64,000 bases of DNA from the human T2T-CHM13v2.0 reference genome, Homo sapiens, in assembly GCF_009914755.1 (NCBI RefSeq), contig NC_060926.1; one strand, written 5' to 3'. Position numbers and translations under genes: made by a program. How positions within the stretch are numbered: the stretch's first letter is position 1; each line of letters begins with the position of its first letter. The notes beneath the pieces were generated by a model, which saw only the letters and a program-made list of their open reading frames with translations, was not told the origin of the DNA and ran no database searches. Shown here piece after piece: positions 14,146-27,399 of this stretch.

Positions 14146-14229
14146 CTGACCACACAGGGTCATTAAGTGGTGGAGCTGGGGAGATAATGGTTTGCTCAAG
14201 TTCTCCACCACTTACTGACCTTGTGAGTT

Positions 14230-14760
14230 AGGGCACTCTTGGCTGTAAGAGAAGACAGTAATCCAAGTTTGCTGGAATGATAAGAAAGTGTATTATTGCA
14301 TATAAGAAGAAGCTTAGTAGTAGCGCAGCTGTAGGTCTGTCACAAGGAGAAGCACAGCGATCACATCAAAAGGAGTTTCTCTTGCTAATAGCTACTCTCC
14401 TCAGTGTGCCACCTTAGCCCTCTGGATGGTTCCCTCTTGTTCATAAGTGGCAACTCCTTTCCAGCGATCACAGTTAGACCTCGCAATGTCCAGATGCAAA
14501 AAGATGCCACCTCTTCCAAGTCTTCCTTCTTAAAAAGAAAGGATCACTTTCTTGGGAATCTTTGAGGCCCTCCCTTCTTGTCTATCTAGCCAGCTGATTA
14601 AATGCCTACCCACCAACCTTCACCAGCAAGAGGAATTTGACAGCCTTGGTTGGCATGTGATTCAGCTGAGGCTGGATCCATCTTTCCCCTGGAGTGCCCA
14701 ACCCCTAGGAATTCTATTAGAGAGAGGAGGAGGAGGGTAATGGCAATCAAGAGTACCTAC
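14230..14760 (-). mobile_element. Old MLT1-type LTR
   Basis: gagttagggcactcttggctgtaag...gtattattgcatataag start and MLT1-like internal motifs; boundaries approximate. Confidence 0.5.
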
Positions 14761-15924
14761 AGCTAATGGTGCAATACCAGTGGAGTTCCCTTTTTGAGAA
14801 CTGGTCTAGGATCCCACTGCCCAGTCTGCTTGACTGACGGCAATGGTTTGGGGTTCACACTGACTGCTGAACTCATGAGACACTATGGGCTTCACCCAGC
14901 ACTAATTTAACTTTAAGAAAGAACATGAAAGGCACTAGCACAGCACACACATCAGCAACATAATGGAGGTCTTGGCAGTCCCCAAGCATGTCTTGAAATC
15001 AGTGTATACTTGTAATATTTATGGTCACAAACAAAGCTTAGTGGGCACAGACAGCAATCAGTTCTGGGGACTTGTGGCTTTTACGCCTTGCTACTCCTTT
15101 CTCAGGGGTTGCTGACCAGAGTCTATTCTCAGTTCAGCCATATCTTATCAGCTACCACTTACTCATCAATTGTAGGTTATGAACTAAGCAACCTCAGTAA
15201 TAAGGCCCTGGAGCTGAATCTGTGTATAGCAGTTATATTGGATCCATTATGCCTCTATGAATTCCTTAAGTTAGTGTTGCAAGAAGGATTTACCTGAAGA
15301 TCAAATCTTGGGCTCCCCTGAGGCTAGAGGAAAGGCGACAATAAGCTGTTGACCCTTTCCTTCCAAGATAAAACTATTAGATATATGAAGAATTTTAGCA
15401 GAATGATAGGAACGTATGTGCTATAAAAACAAGCAAACGAAAATCCAGAAAGGATATTACTGCCCTCACCCTTTCCTTCCCGAAACATCACATCGGCGGT
15501 GGTTTTTATCTTGTTTCCTTCCCTGTTTCCAGTTTCCTAGGAGATAGCCAGTTCTACATTTTGCATGATCTTCCACTTAAATTTGGGTCCATTAATATCA
15601 TTCCTCAAGATACTGAACAATGGGCATTTCTTTTAAAATACTGTCAAGCTGCCAAGTGGATGAGTTCTGAGTATTTTTGAGGAAACAATTGGTTGTCATG
15701 ACTTGTCAAAATCCCCTGACCAGGTGAGCATGACCTCAAGAAGGTGACAGAAAGCCTTGGAGTGCAATTCCTCTTTCAGAAGGATTTGTGTGTTAAATAG
15801 CTTCTGGCTTACAGGAAGTCAATTACTAATGGAAGGACTGTCCTGTATGATTTCAAGAAAGTCACTTATTAACCAATCTCAGCCTCATTTTTCTCATCTT
15901 GGAAAGGCAGACAATATTACATGT

Positions 15925-16299
15925 TGTCTTCATCAATTTGGGCTGCCATAAGAGAAGATCATAAGCTGGGTGGCTTAAACAGACATTTGTTCCTCATGAT
16001 TCTGAAGGCTGGAAGTCTATGATCAAGATGCTGGCCAATTCAGCCCTGGTGAAGGCCCTCTTCCTGGCATGCAGATGGTTCCTTCCCACTGTGCCCTCAC
16101 ATGGTAGAGAGAGCAAGCGAGCTCTAGTTTTTCCTTCCTCTTCTTACAAAGAAACTGATCCCATGATGGGAGCCCAACCTTCATGATCTCTTCTCAATCT
16201 AATTATCTCCCAAAGGCTCCATCTCCAAATAGCTTCACTGTGGGGGTTAGGGTTTCAACATATGAATTATAGGGGGACGTACATATTCAGTCTATAACA
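15925..16299 (-). mobile_element. MLT1A-type LTR
   Basis: gggctgccataa...ctgggtggcttaaac...ttctgaaggctggaagtc...acatattcagtctataaca. Confidence 0.85.
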
Positions 16300-16399
16300 C
16301 CTGTCTTTCCTTGGATGGCTTTGACAGTTCCATGAGAGACCAGAGGAGAAAAACCCTTCATCATATACAAAATATTATTATTTGGAGGTGAAGGGACCC

Positions 16400-16752
16400 A
16401 CTACAGTGTGATGTTTTTCCCTCTCAAATTCCTATGTTGAAATCCTAGTTCCAAGGTGATGGTATTAGGAGATAGGGCCTTTGGAAGACAATTCAGTCTT
16501 GCGGGTGAAGCCCTCATGGATGGAATTAGTGTCCTTATAAGAGGCCAGAGAGCTAGCTAGCTGACTCTCCACCATGGGAGGCCACAGCAAGAGTCAGCCG
16601 TCTGCAACTCAGGAGAAGGACTTTACCGAGAATCATGCTGGCACCACGATCTCAGACTTCCAGCCTCCAGAACTGTGAGAGATAAATATTTGTTGTTTTA
16701 GGCACTCAGTCTATATGGTAATTTGCTATAGCAGCCTGATTGGACTAAGACA
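16400..16752 (+). mobile_element. MLT1A-type LTR
   Basis: caaattcctatgttgaaatccta...gacttccagcctccagaactgtgaga...ggactaagaca. Confidence 0.85.
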
Positions 16753-17009
16753 GGACTGGACCTGTTTCTGATAATATCTTAAATCACTGTATATTGGGAA
16801 GAGAAAGAGAAATGATCAGTTTGCAATTAGTGCCTCTTGGGAAGAGAAGGACAAGACCTTATGAACTTGTTTTGCAGCAACACAAATGTTCAGCCTAAAG
16901 GACTTGTGTCTTATAGATACAGTTGGTTAGAGGCCCACTTAACTCTTCTCTCCATGCCTCTGACACTGGACCCACATGCAATCTATGCACCAGTGCAGGA
17001 GGCAGGCCC

Positions 17010-17230
17010 AGGCAGAGCTAACATGTTTTGGAACATGTATCATGAACCAAGCACCTTAAACACGTCATCTGATTTAAACCTCAGTAAAACAGTTTGAAGT
17101 AAAGGGTGTTAGTCCCATTTCGCAGATGAAGAAGTCAAGTTTTGAAGGTTAGAAAGCTTACCTGATTAGATAGATGAAAGGCTCCAGGTGTCTGCAATAC
17201 TAAAGCCCACGTCTTTGCAGCTCACCATGC
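17010..17230 (-). mobile_element. MIR SINE
   Basis: cccatttcgcagatgaagaa core. Confidence 0.6.
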
Positions 17231-17721
17231 TGCCAAGCCCCAGAGTACTAGGACCATCCGAGCTTAAGAGAGAGCCCCGTCCTGCTCAGGAATCCTGGCC
17301 CCGCTGTGGTTCTGCTCCTGCCTGCTGTCATGGCTCTCAGGACTAAGCATCTGCTTGTTCTTGAGCCCTGTGGCCACCTCAGCCCTGGCTACTGTCATTG
17401 TTCTTCTGTGCGCAGTTTAATCACTGGCCTGTGGCTCCAGAACTTTTAGACGTGACACTACTTCCTTTTACAGCCCACTTCTCAGAAAAGTGTAATATAG
17501 CTGGAGCTCTATTCATTTCTAACAGACTTCCCTGATGCCAGCTTGCCTACCTGGACTTCCATATTATTATAGCCTGTGGCCTGAGTGCCCCACCACTGGG
17601 TATCATTGGATTGGATTTCAGCAAAGAGTCAGAGTCACCTTTTCTAGAGCTATGCTGGGCAGTGTGCTGGGGAAGGAATAAGAATAATTCCTGTCCTCAG
17701 AGGCTCAAGGTAATTAGGGGC

Positions 17722-18097
17722 GCAATAGATTAGATGACTGTTCAGCAAATATTCACTCCCCTGTCCCACCATGGGAGGAGTCTATCCCCCTCCATTCCCT
17801 CTGAGGCTGGGCTTACCCATGTGGCTGTTCCAGCCTGTAGAATTGGGTGGAAGTTTCAGTGCGCCAGTCTGCGCTGAGGTCCGAGGAGGCCTTGTGTGTG
17901 TCTGCTTGTCCTCAGGCTGTCTGCCATCACCACGAGAGGACTGTGCCCAGGAAGCCTGAGGATGACGGACACGTGGAGCAGACCTGGAGTGAACCCCAGG
18001 TGTGGCCAACCCAGCAGACCCACAGACCAGAGTGAGAAATAATACTGTCACGCGGCAGAGATTTTGTGTTGTTTTGCTGCAAAAACTGACTGGTACC
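17722..18097 (+). mobile_element. Old MLT1 (H-J type) LTR
   Basis: caaatattcactccc...acacgtggagcagacctg...gagtgagaaataa...gattttgtgttgttttgctgcaaaaactgactggtac. Confidence 0.65.
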
Positions 18098-18859
18098 TGG
18101 GGAGATGTGATGATGATGATGGAGTGTAGCAATAGCATCACATATGGAGGGGGTCAGAGGGGTGTGATGAATGGCATCTTTCCCCGGGCACAGCGGCAGC
18201 TGCTTTGGTCCCTGCATAGCACGTCTCGCTCTGGTGGGGAGCTGGATTTGCTCCAGCGCTCCCTGCTCTGCCCCGCCCTGCTGTAGTTAACTGGGTTATT
18301 CTTTGAAAGACATGACAGTCTCTTCCAGGTCCTACGATTTAATTCCCTTCACTCATCCTGTGAAGTTAGTGCTTCCCTAGCAACTTCCAGGCAAGTCATT
18401 TATCAGCCTCCAGTTCAGCTAGAAACACTGCAATTACTCAGGAAGGATTATCGAGCAGTGAACATTTTAACCTTAAATGTTAATAATTATGTCAAAACTT
18501 AAATGACAATCGTTTGTCCTTTAGATAGCATTGTGGGAGATCTGGAGATCTTATATATGTATATTTTAAATGCAGTTAAACTGCTAATGACTCCTTTGCT
18601 GGATTTCAATTCTGAGGTAACCGTGTTGGTAAAGCCATCCTAGCAATTATCGAGAGAACAGAATGTCAACAGGGCCGCACCGTTAGGGAGCGGAAGGCCG
18701 TCCTCAGGGGGTCCCAGAACAGCAACACACAAGAAGCTACAGAGATAACGTGGCCCAAACCCAGCGCTTGTGCATTTGTAGTCCAGAAAAATAAAGGGAC
18801 ATGCCCGAGGTCACATAGCTGTTTGCCTGGAGCTGGGAACTAAGATTACGGAACACCTA

Positions 18860-18990
18860 CCATGAGGTTTCTAGTCTGACTCATTTTTTGTATTACTGCA
18901 TTTTAATCCCTACAGTAAACTTATAAGTACTGTTGTCTTCCCTACTATTCTATAGCTGGAGAAACTGAGGCTCAGAGAAGTTAGCATTCA
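18860..18990 (-). mobile_element. MIR SINE fragment
   Basis: gagaaactgaggctcagagaagtta. Confidence 0.7.
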
Positions 18991-19194
18991 ACCCCTCCCA
19001 CCCCACTGGCAGACAGGTTTTTCCAGTGGCTGCATGCATTGAAGCCTGCCAGGGTAATTTTATTAAATTCAGAGTTTCAAATATGAAGAGCATTCAAATG
19101 CCATCCTGCACTGGACTCCTATCCATGCCTCTGATCACTGGTCACCTACTGGACAGGCTGTTCCTTCAGTTATGTAGAAGCCCGCTTGAAGTGC

Positions 19195-19800
<606 letters not shown>

Positions 19801-20778
19801 CTGCAATTTCAGACCTGTGAGATGGTGGGGGTGGGCAATTCTTGAGGGAATGAATGATTGTTTTCTCCTAGGTGGGGTTTTGTTGATCTGCTAGGCATTT
19901 CCCCTAGTTCACAGCTATCCTTTCCTTTCTGTGTTGGGGGCTTTCACAGGGGGTTAGGAAACGTGGGGGCCGCCATTTTGGTGACCCTCCTCCTTCAGCA
20001 GATGATACAATTAGGTTCAATCACATTATGAAATGGCCACTGTAAGGGAGTGGTATGCATTTTGGCCAAAAAAAAAAAAAAAAAGCATTTACTCTGAAAA
20101 GAGGAAGTCTTTATTCACTCACCTGGGGGAACAGATTACTTCCAGAGAATAATTTACTCACTGTAAGAACAAGGCCACTAATAAATAATGAAAATAATGA
20201 GGGCAAGAACAACACCAATAATAATAATAATGAGTGGGCTTATGAGAGTGACACGTGGCCTTCCAGCAGCCTTTGGCTCTGAGGTGATAGCATTATTCTC
20301 CCTGCAGAAACCTCAAACTTGAGACACGGTGGGAAATCAGGAAGACATGAGGCTTTGCTCAACACTGGAGAACACCAGTTCTTTTCAGTTTGTATGCATC
20401 TTTATCAGGTAAGTCTTCATGGAGCAACTTAATTTAACTAAGCATGATCTTTCTGTTATATTGAGTGTATCTTTCATGAGATGGTGATTATAATCCCCAT
20501 TTTTCCTCCAGCATGGCCATGACGTGTGTAAGGCATTTCCAAGGGTGAGATTTCCTCTGAAATGTCCAAAGAAGTCAACCGCATTTCAAAAACTACCACA
20601 AACTAAATTAAAAGGCAAATATCACAATTTATTCTCATATTAGGTTTTTGAGTGAAAGATTGGATTCTAATCTCAGTTCTGCCATTTCTTCACTGGGGGT
20701 TTTGTTTTAATCTTAGTTTCTCCATTTTTCCTCCCTTCCTCCCTTTCTCTCTCCTTTTCTTCTTCTCTTCCCTCCTTC

Positions 20779-21146
20779 CTATGTGGTTTGGCTGTGTCCT
20801 CACCCAAATCTCATCTTGAATTGTAGTTCCCATAATCCCCAAGTGTGGTGAGAGGGACCTAGTGGGCGGTAATTGAATTATGGGGGTGGTTTCCCCCAGG
20901 CTATTCTTGTGATAGTAAGTTATCACCAGAGCTGATGGTTTTACAAGGGGCTTCCCCCTACGCTTGGCTCTCATTCTTCTCTCTCTTGCCGCTTGGGAAG
21001 AAGGATGTGTTTGCTTCTCCTTCCATCATGATTGTAAGTTTCCTGAGCCCTCCCCAGCCCTGCAGAACTGTGAGCCAATTTAATTTATTTCCTTTATAAA
21101 TTACCCAGTCTCTGTCCTTATAGCAACATGAGAATGGACTAATACA
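20779..21146 (+). mobile_element. Solo THE1 (THE1C/D-like) LTR
   Basis: tggtttggctgtgtcc...catgagaatggactaataca; TSD ccttc/ccttt. Confidence 0.92.
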
Positions 21147-22494
21147 CCTTTCATTAAATTAGCACTTATCTCAACAGTTGAAATGTTTTTACAAAGGTTT
21201 TGAAGCATTAAAGATAATGAGTTATTAAGAACTAGATATTTGATTTAAGGATCACACTTTTTTGCTCTTTTGACTCCATATCAACATTCTGCAGCTGGTA
21301 GGGCTCCTTCCATTATCTCCATTACCCAGATGGGGAAACTCTTTAAATGCCTCTCTTAAGATCCACTGTGTGATTTAGTAAAATATTGGGTCTAGAACCC
21401 ATATCATTAACTCGCACCTGTCTGTGAAATCTGTGAACTTCTGGTGCCGATGATATTATGAATCCCTCCAAGTAGAGGCGTGGTCTTCAGTCACCCAGAG
21501 GAGGTGTTCCAAACACCACTGTAGCACCAGCCTGCCTGGGGCTGCCTCCTGATCCTGCTGCATCCTAGCTCAGTGAACTGCAACAGAATGGGGGACCGAT
21601 CTGGCCTTGGATTCTACATCTGTAAAATTCATGGGGTTTTGGTGAGAACTGAGTGGTCAATACAAATGAAGCCTTTCACATAGAGCCTGGCACGTAGAAA
21701 GACCTCAAAAATGATATTTGATACAGTTATTCATTGCAATTGCCATTGTTGTTGCTTTGTTAGGAAGATGATCATTCAAGAGGCCTGAAGGAAGACTTGT
21801 GTTGGAGCCTAAGGTAGAAATATAAAGGTTTTGAATGTTATTATTGTTGGAAATACAATTAATTTTCCCCAAAAGCTCTGAATATATGATGATTTAATAC
21901 CTTTATTTATGCTGAGTTATTTATGTTATAGAACTATAAATCCTGAAAAAACCCTAAAAACCTGTTTTTGTGTTGCAAGTAGATAAGAAGTTTTAAAATC
22001 CAGAAAAGAATAATTTTTCCCATGATATAAAACGGTTGAGGAATAAAATTCCTCTCACTTTAAAATAAATAGGAAATACATACACTTTATCTTAGTTCTT
22101 TCTTCACAGCTCATTTTATTTCTTTGGATTCAGGATTAAGCACCAGAATCCACCAGGTTGAAGTGGTCAGAAATCTTCAGTTGGGCACCTTGGTGAGGAT
22201 ATATTATATTAGTAATTTGTTTTTTTAATGCACATACTTTTTTTGAACTGGAGAATCTAAAGGCATTTTAATGTTTTCAAGTAAAAGAACTGTACTCGGT
22301 AGTCTTAGACTGCCTAAGAAAACATCCCCTAGATTCTGTGCTGGGAACGTGGCTAGGGGTTCAAGTCCACATCTGGACACAATGATCACCCTATCACTAA
22401 AAAAATCCCAATCAAATGGCAAGCAAGCAAACAAAAACAGACAAGCCAACCAACCAGTCAAACAAACAAAAAAACTCACAGAAGGGTGGAAGAA

Positions 22495-22790
22495 AGCTAC
22501 GCTCCAGGGAGTTCCTTATGTTAAATTTTTATATTCATAATATACAGTGAAGGTGAGAACATGATTTTTTTCCTTTACACAGACGCTTTTCCTCATTAGA
22601 CTTTGAGATTTGATTTTATTCTTCTATGAGTTAGATTTTTATCTCAAATGGTAGAAAAGGTGACACAAGTGTATCTGTGGATAGATGGTTAGGTGAACTT
22701 AGAGGATGCACATGGCAGAGTTGTGTGTGTGTGTGATGTGTGTAGTGTGTGTGTGTGTGTGTGTGTGTGATGTGTGTGTGTGTGTGTGTA
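22495..22790 (+). repeat. Diverged local duplication, copy A (paralog at 24175-24420), ending in a (TG)n microsatellite
   Basis: Collinear shared blocks: gctccag.gagtt, tacagtg, cattagact, atttgattttattct, caaatggt, aggtgaca, cacatg.cagag.tgtgtgtg. Confidence 0.85.
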
Positions 22791-23566
22791 TGCAGAGGAA
22801 AACATTTCTTTGAGCTGAAAACACATTAACTCTGTTTATTCAAGCCAAACATGAGCCTGTGTGCTCCTGTCACTTTGAGGTAGTGGAACATCCTCTAGTG
22901 TCTTTTTTATTATGGGAACAGTTCCTTTTCTGTAATTGAAATGTCCCATCTAGGCAATAAAACCATGAACTTGTTTCAAAGTTAAATCTTCTGCTGTCCC
23001 TCTGCTGGGACCTCCTTTAGAACAGAAAGACTGAAGTTGGTTGGACACACGATGGCTTCTTTCTGCTTCCCCAGCCTTATTCTTGACTTCTCCTCCACTG
23101 TCCTCCAGCTGTGGCTCCTGATGCCTGCAGAGTTGGAGGTGGAGGCAGAAGAGAGCAGAGATGGGGCAGAGAAGGCCTCCCTTGGCTGGTGCAGATTTGA
23201 TGTGGCATTGGGGCCATCTGGATGGCTGCTGTACAGCGGCCACCTTATCTTCCCCTGGGGCTCCCCGGTGACTTTCCGTAAGGTTCCCTGCTGGGCACTT
23301 CAAGCTGGAGTTCTTGTGCTATGGGTTTGATCTCCTCCCCAGTTGGCACTCGTCACTTACTCCAACCCTCTGCCCCTTTCGTGGACCCTCTGGCCTTCCA
23401 GGAAGCCTTCCTGGGCAGTTGGCTTCATTCATCCCTGCCCTACTGTCTTCGAAAGTGCAGCTCACCCCAATGCAGTTTTTCTCTCCTTCACCTTTGCTGA
23501 TGTAGGTCAAGAGCCTCTCACCCCTAGATCTCTCACACTTGTCTGCCATAGACTTCACAGGACTTA

Positions 23567-24120
23567 CAGGGCCACCTTTTTGGGCATGCAGCCTGGACAA
23601 CTGCACAAGGCACTGCACTCAGAAGGCGCTTGTTCTTGCTTTAATGATCTGGTGTTGCCATCTTGAAGTTTTTGATAATTTTTTTTGAACTTGTGTTTTA
23701 CAAGTGAAATCTAGTGGGACAATGGAGTATGCACACATCTGGGGATGCCCCATTCACACACAGGATTCATGATGCCCATGAGTGCAGAATTCTGGTGAGA
23801 GTTCAGAGAGACTCTAAGCCAGTACAAGGTATTATGGAAACTGCCAGCTTCCATAGAGTGCTGGCAGAAAATGCACATATTAAGAGTGAAATAGAAACAG
23901 TTGAGTTTGTTCTGTGCAGGGTTTCCACTCTTCTGGTCAGAATGAAATAAAAATGCATGTATAAGCTATGAAATACAACTGTATTTGAAGTGACTTCACA
24001 TGTGAGTTCAATGCTCTTATATTTGCACTTATAACTGGCATTGTTCAATGTAAAGAGAAATGATAACATTCATGTTAATAATTTTAAATTATGATTTTTC
24101 TTCACTTAGAACAACATTAA
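23567..24120 (+). mobile_element. hAT-Tip100 DNA transposon (MER91/Arthur1-like)
   Basis: Terminus cagggccacctttttgggcatgc...ctcagaagg...gccatcttgaa followed by aagtgaaatctagtgggacaatggag. Confidence 0.7.
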
Positions 24121-24174
24121 ATGTGTATGTGTACAGGAATATGTAGATGAAACTTAGCTTTTTCTGCATATGAA

Positions 24175-24420
24175 TAGCAAGGCTCCAGAGAGTTTCTTAC
24201 ATCTTCATATTTATAATGTACAGTGGAAACACAAATGTGTTGTTTTCCTTCTACACAACCCCTCTCCCTCTGCATTAGACTCCAAAATTTGATTTTATTC
24301 TAAAATGGGTTAAGTTTTACCCCAAATGGTGAAATAGGTGACAAAATTGTGTTTGTAGAAGATGAGATGAACATCCACATGCAGAGGTGTGTGTGCATGC
24401 CTGTGTGTGTGCACACGCAC
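24175..24420 (+). repeat. Diverged local duplication, copy B (paralog at 22495-22790)
   Basis: Same collinear blocks as copy A, offset ~1.65 kb. Confidence 0.85.
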
Positions 24421-24500
24421 AGGGACACACACCACTTTCTCAGCAGCATTGTTTTTAGTATCCCCTGCAGGGAGGAGTCATGAATGATATTCCAAACGCA
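24382..24500 (+). repeat. 119-bp paired duplication, copy 1
   Basis: Ungapped match to 25583-25701 with 8 substitutions by manual alignment. Confidence 0.97.
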
Positions 24501-24706
24501 TCTCAGTCTTCTAAACACTTAAATCATCTGCTCTCCTAATAGGATCTCCAAGCTGAGAAGTGATTGCTTCCATTGGCCCTGAACAGAATATTAAATATAT
24601 TTGATCTTCAGAGCACTTTATCCCAGAGTAGGTCTATGAAAAATCGAAGCAAATTATATTTGGCTTAGGAATGGGTGGGACTTTTTTCTAAACACCTAAA
24701 GCAGTG

Positions 24707-24963
24707 TTTTTTTTTTTTTTTTTTTTTTGTGAGACAGAGTCTCATTCTCTTGCCCAGGCTGGAGTGCAGTGGCATGATCTTGGCTCACTGCAACCTCCAC
24801 CTCCCGGGGCACGCACCACCACACCTGGCTAATTTTTGTATTTTTAGTAGAGACAGGGTTTCACCATGTTAGTCAGGCTGGTCTTGAACTCCTGACCTCA
24901 TGATCCACCCACCACAGCCTCCCAAAGTGCTGGGATTACAGGCGTGAGCCACCATGCCCAGCC
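24707..24963 (-). mobile_element. AluSg-like element with an internal ~45-bp deletion
   Basis: cctcccgg joins directly to ggcacgcaccacc; TSD taaagcagtgttttt. Confidence 0.95.
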
Positions 24964-24967
24964 TAAA

Positions 24968-25155
24968 GCAGTGTTTTTAAAGTGTGATTTACCAACAACT
25001 TGTACCAGAACAACCTGTGAAGCTTGCTCAGTAAAATCATGTTTTCTGGGCCCCTCTCTAGATCCATCAAATCAGGAAATCTGGAAGTGAGGCCAAGAAA
25101 GCTTTAGCAAAGTCATCAGGGGTTCTTATTCACATCAAGTCTGAGATGCAGTGAT
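24968..25155. mobile_element. MER5-type hAT DNA transposon
   Basis: cagtgtttttaaagtgtg...tctgggcccc...aatcagg...gttcttattcacatcaagtctgaga. Confidence 0.6.
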
Positions 25156-25582
25156 TCCCAAGTGGCCTTTCTGACAGCTCTGGGTGAGAGGGCCTGGTTC
25201 CTGCATGGGATGCTTTGGATTGGGTTGTCCTCAGGTGCATCTGAACTTGTGAATTAGAATTGGCAGCTAAGAAAACCAAGAGAGGAAAATACACCATTCA
25301 GAAAGACTCCTCACCTCCTCTCCTCCATCCTGCCAGGGCCAATGTGGCCAGAAGCCCAATTTTACCCATTTAATGGAGAAGATGGAAAGTGTCTGGGCAT
25401 TTTGTCACTGTGAGTATGAAGAAAAAAATAGTGATTTTCCCATCTGAGTATTTCTTTGAGGAACGTTCAGTTTAGTGGGGTTCTTAGATGTTCCCTGGAT
25501 TCATTCGTTCGTTCCTCCATCCATTCTTTCATGCATTCAGTGAACATGTATTAATTGGCCCTATGCCAGGACCTGGGCCAGC

Positions 25583-25701
25583 CAGAGGTGCGTGTGCATG
25601 CCTGTGTGTGCGCACATGCACAGGGACACACACCACTCTCTCGGCAGCGTTGTTTTTAGTACTCCCTGCAGGGAGGAGTCATGAATGATATTCCAAACGC
25701 A
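25583..25701 (+). repeat. 119-bp paired duplication, copy 2 (inside L2)
   Basis: Ungapped match to 24382-24500. Confidence 0.97.
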
Positions 25702-26198
25702 ATCCAAAGATAAACCAAACAGAGCCCGTGTTCAAGTGTGAAGGTGGATGATCAGAAGGTGCAATGTGTTATTCTATGACAGCAGTGAACCCACCTTTAA
25801 AGCAGACTGGCACCATTCAAGGCTTTCCAGAGGAGGCCACACCTGGACTGGGCTTTGAAGAGTGAGTAAGAGTTGGCTGGGCAGGGTGAGAAAGGCACTT
25901 GAGGCAGAGAGTGGTGTGTGTGACACAGAGTGCGAAACAGATTGGGGCTTAGGGACTGTGGATCATATTTTATGACTGGGAGAGCAGCAGGAAACAAGGC
26001 TAGACAGCAGGGGTGTTCTGATCCCCTAGGGTGTCATGTGTGGATTTAAGAAGTAAGAGTCTGTCTCTCAAAGTTGTACAGGGGTGCTGATGGGTTTGCA
26101 AAGGGGAGAACAAGATAAGATTTGGTCTGGCAAAGTCTACTGTTGCTGTCACTTGCAAAGGAGCAGAGAGCAGAGAGACCCATTAAGAGATAAGTCCT

Positions 26199-26516
<318 letters not shown>

Positions 26517-27399
26517 CTAGAAATAGAGGGAAATGGCTGATAAGAGAGACATTAATCTACAGAACGCAGTAACTGACTGGACACGGGCAAGGGATGAGAT
26601 GAAGGAGTCAAGAATAACACACCTGGGTTTATGACCTGGACAACTCGGTGGGTGTTGTCATGCAAGATAAAGGAATTAGGAAAAACAAGTGCTTGTTGAA
26701 GAGGAAGAAGGATGATCAAGCTCATTTTGGACTCGTGCCTCTGGCATACTTGGGAGAAGATATCTAGTAGCAGGGGAATCACAGGGTTGGAAGGAAGGAA
26801 GGCGGTCAGGGCTGAAGATGTAAACGTGGGAGCTATTGCGGGAGCCTGAGGCCCTGTGAGGACAGAGTGAGATGCATGGAGTGGACTTGGAGTGCCAAGC
26901 CCAGAGGGGTAGCATGGAACCTGGGGGCAAACTGAGAAAGAAGACCCAGGAGGGAGGCTTAGAACTACTGGGCAGAGAGGACGGACATTTGGTGACTCTG
27001 ACATGGATGGGTCCATCCTGTTTGGCCACTTACTTGCCAAGTATTTCCATGTAGTAGGCCCTTGGTGACTTCTGTTTTCACCACGAGCTACTTTCTCTCC
27101 TTTCTGCTCTAACCTAAGGACCACAGGCAGACATCCCTGGCAACAGAAGAGTCCTAGATGGCCCTTCCTATGAGATCAGGCTTGATGACTTGAGTGAAGT
27201 CCAGCACCCTTGTGACTGCTTGGCACTGGTGGCCAAGAGAGGGAAGTGTAAGGAGGAGGTGGGTTACTCATCTGTGTGGCCGCTGGGCAGACACAAGGAA
27301 GTGAGTTCAGAAGCCAGAACCCCGTGTCAGAGGTGGCCATGAGACCACCAGAGCCTCTGTGAACCCCCATCTCAGGCACTTGTCATGCTTCACAGCGAA

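Noticed and set aside
26552-27124. 190-aa ORF
   Set aside because: It lies mostly over decayed L2 sequence, has low-complexity S/P/L composition and shows no recognisable domain.
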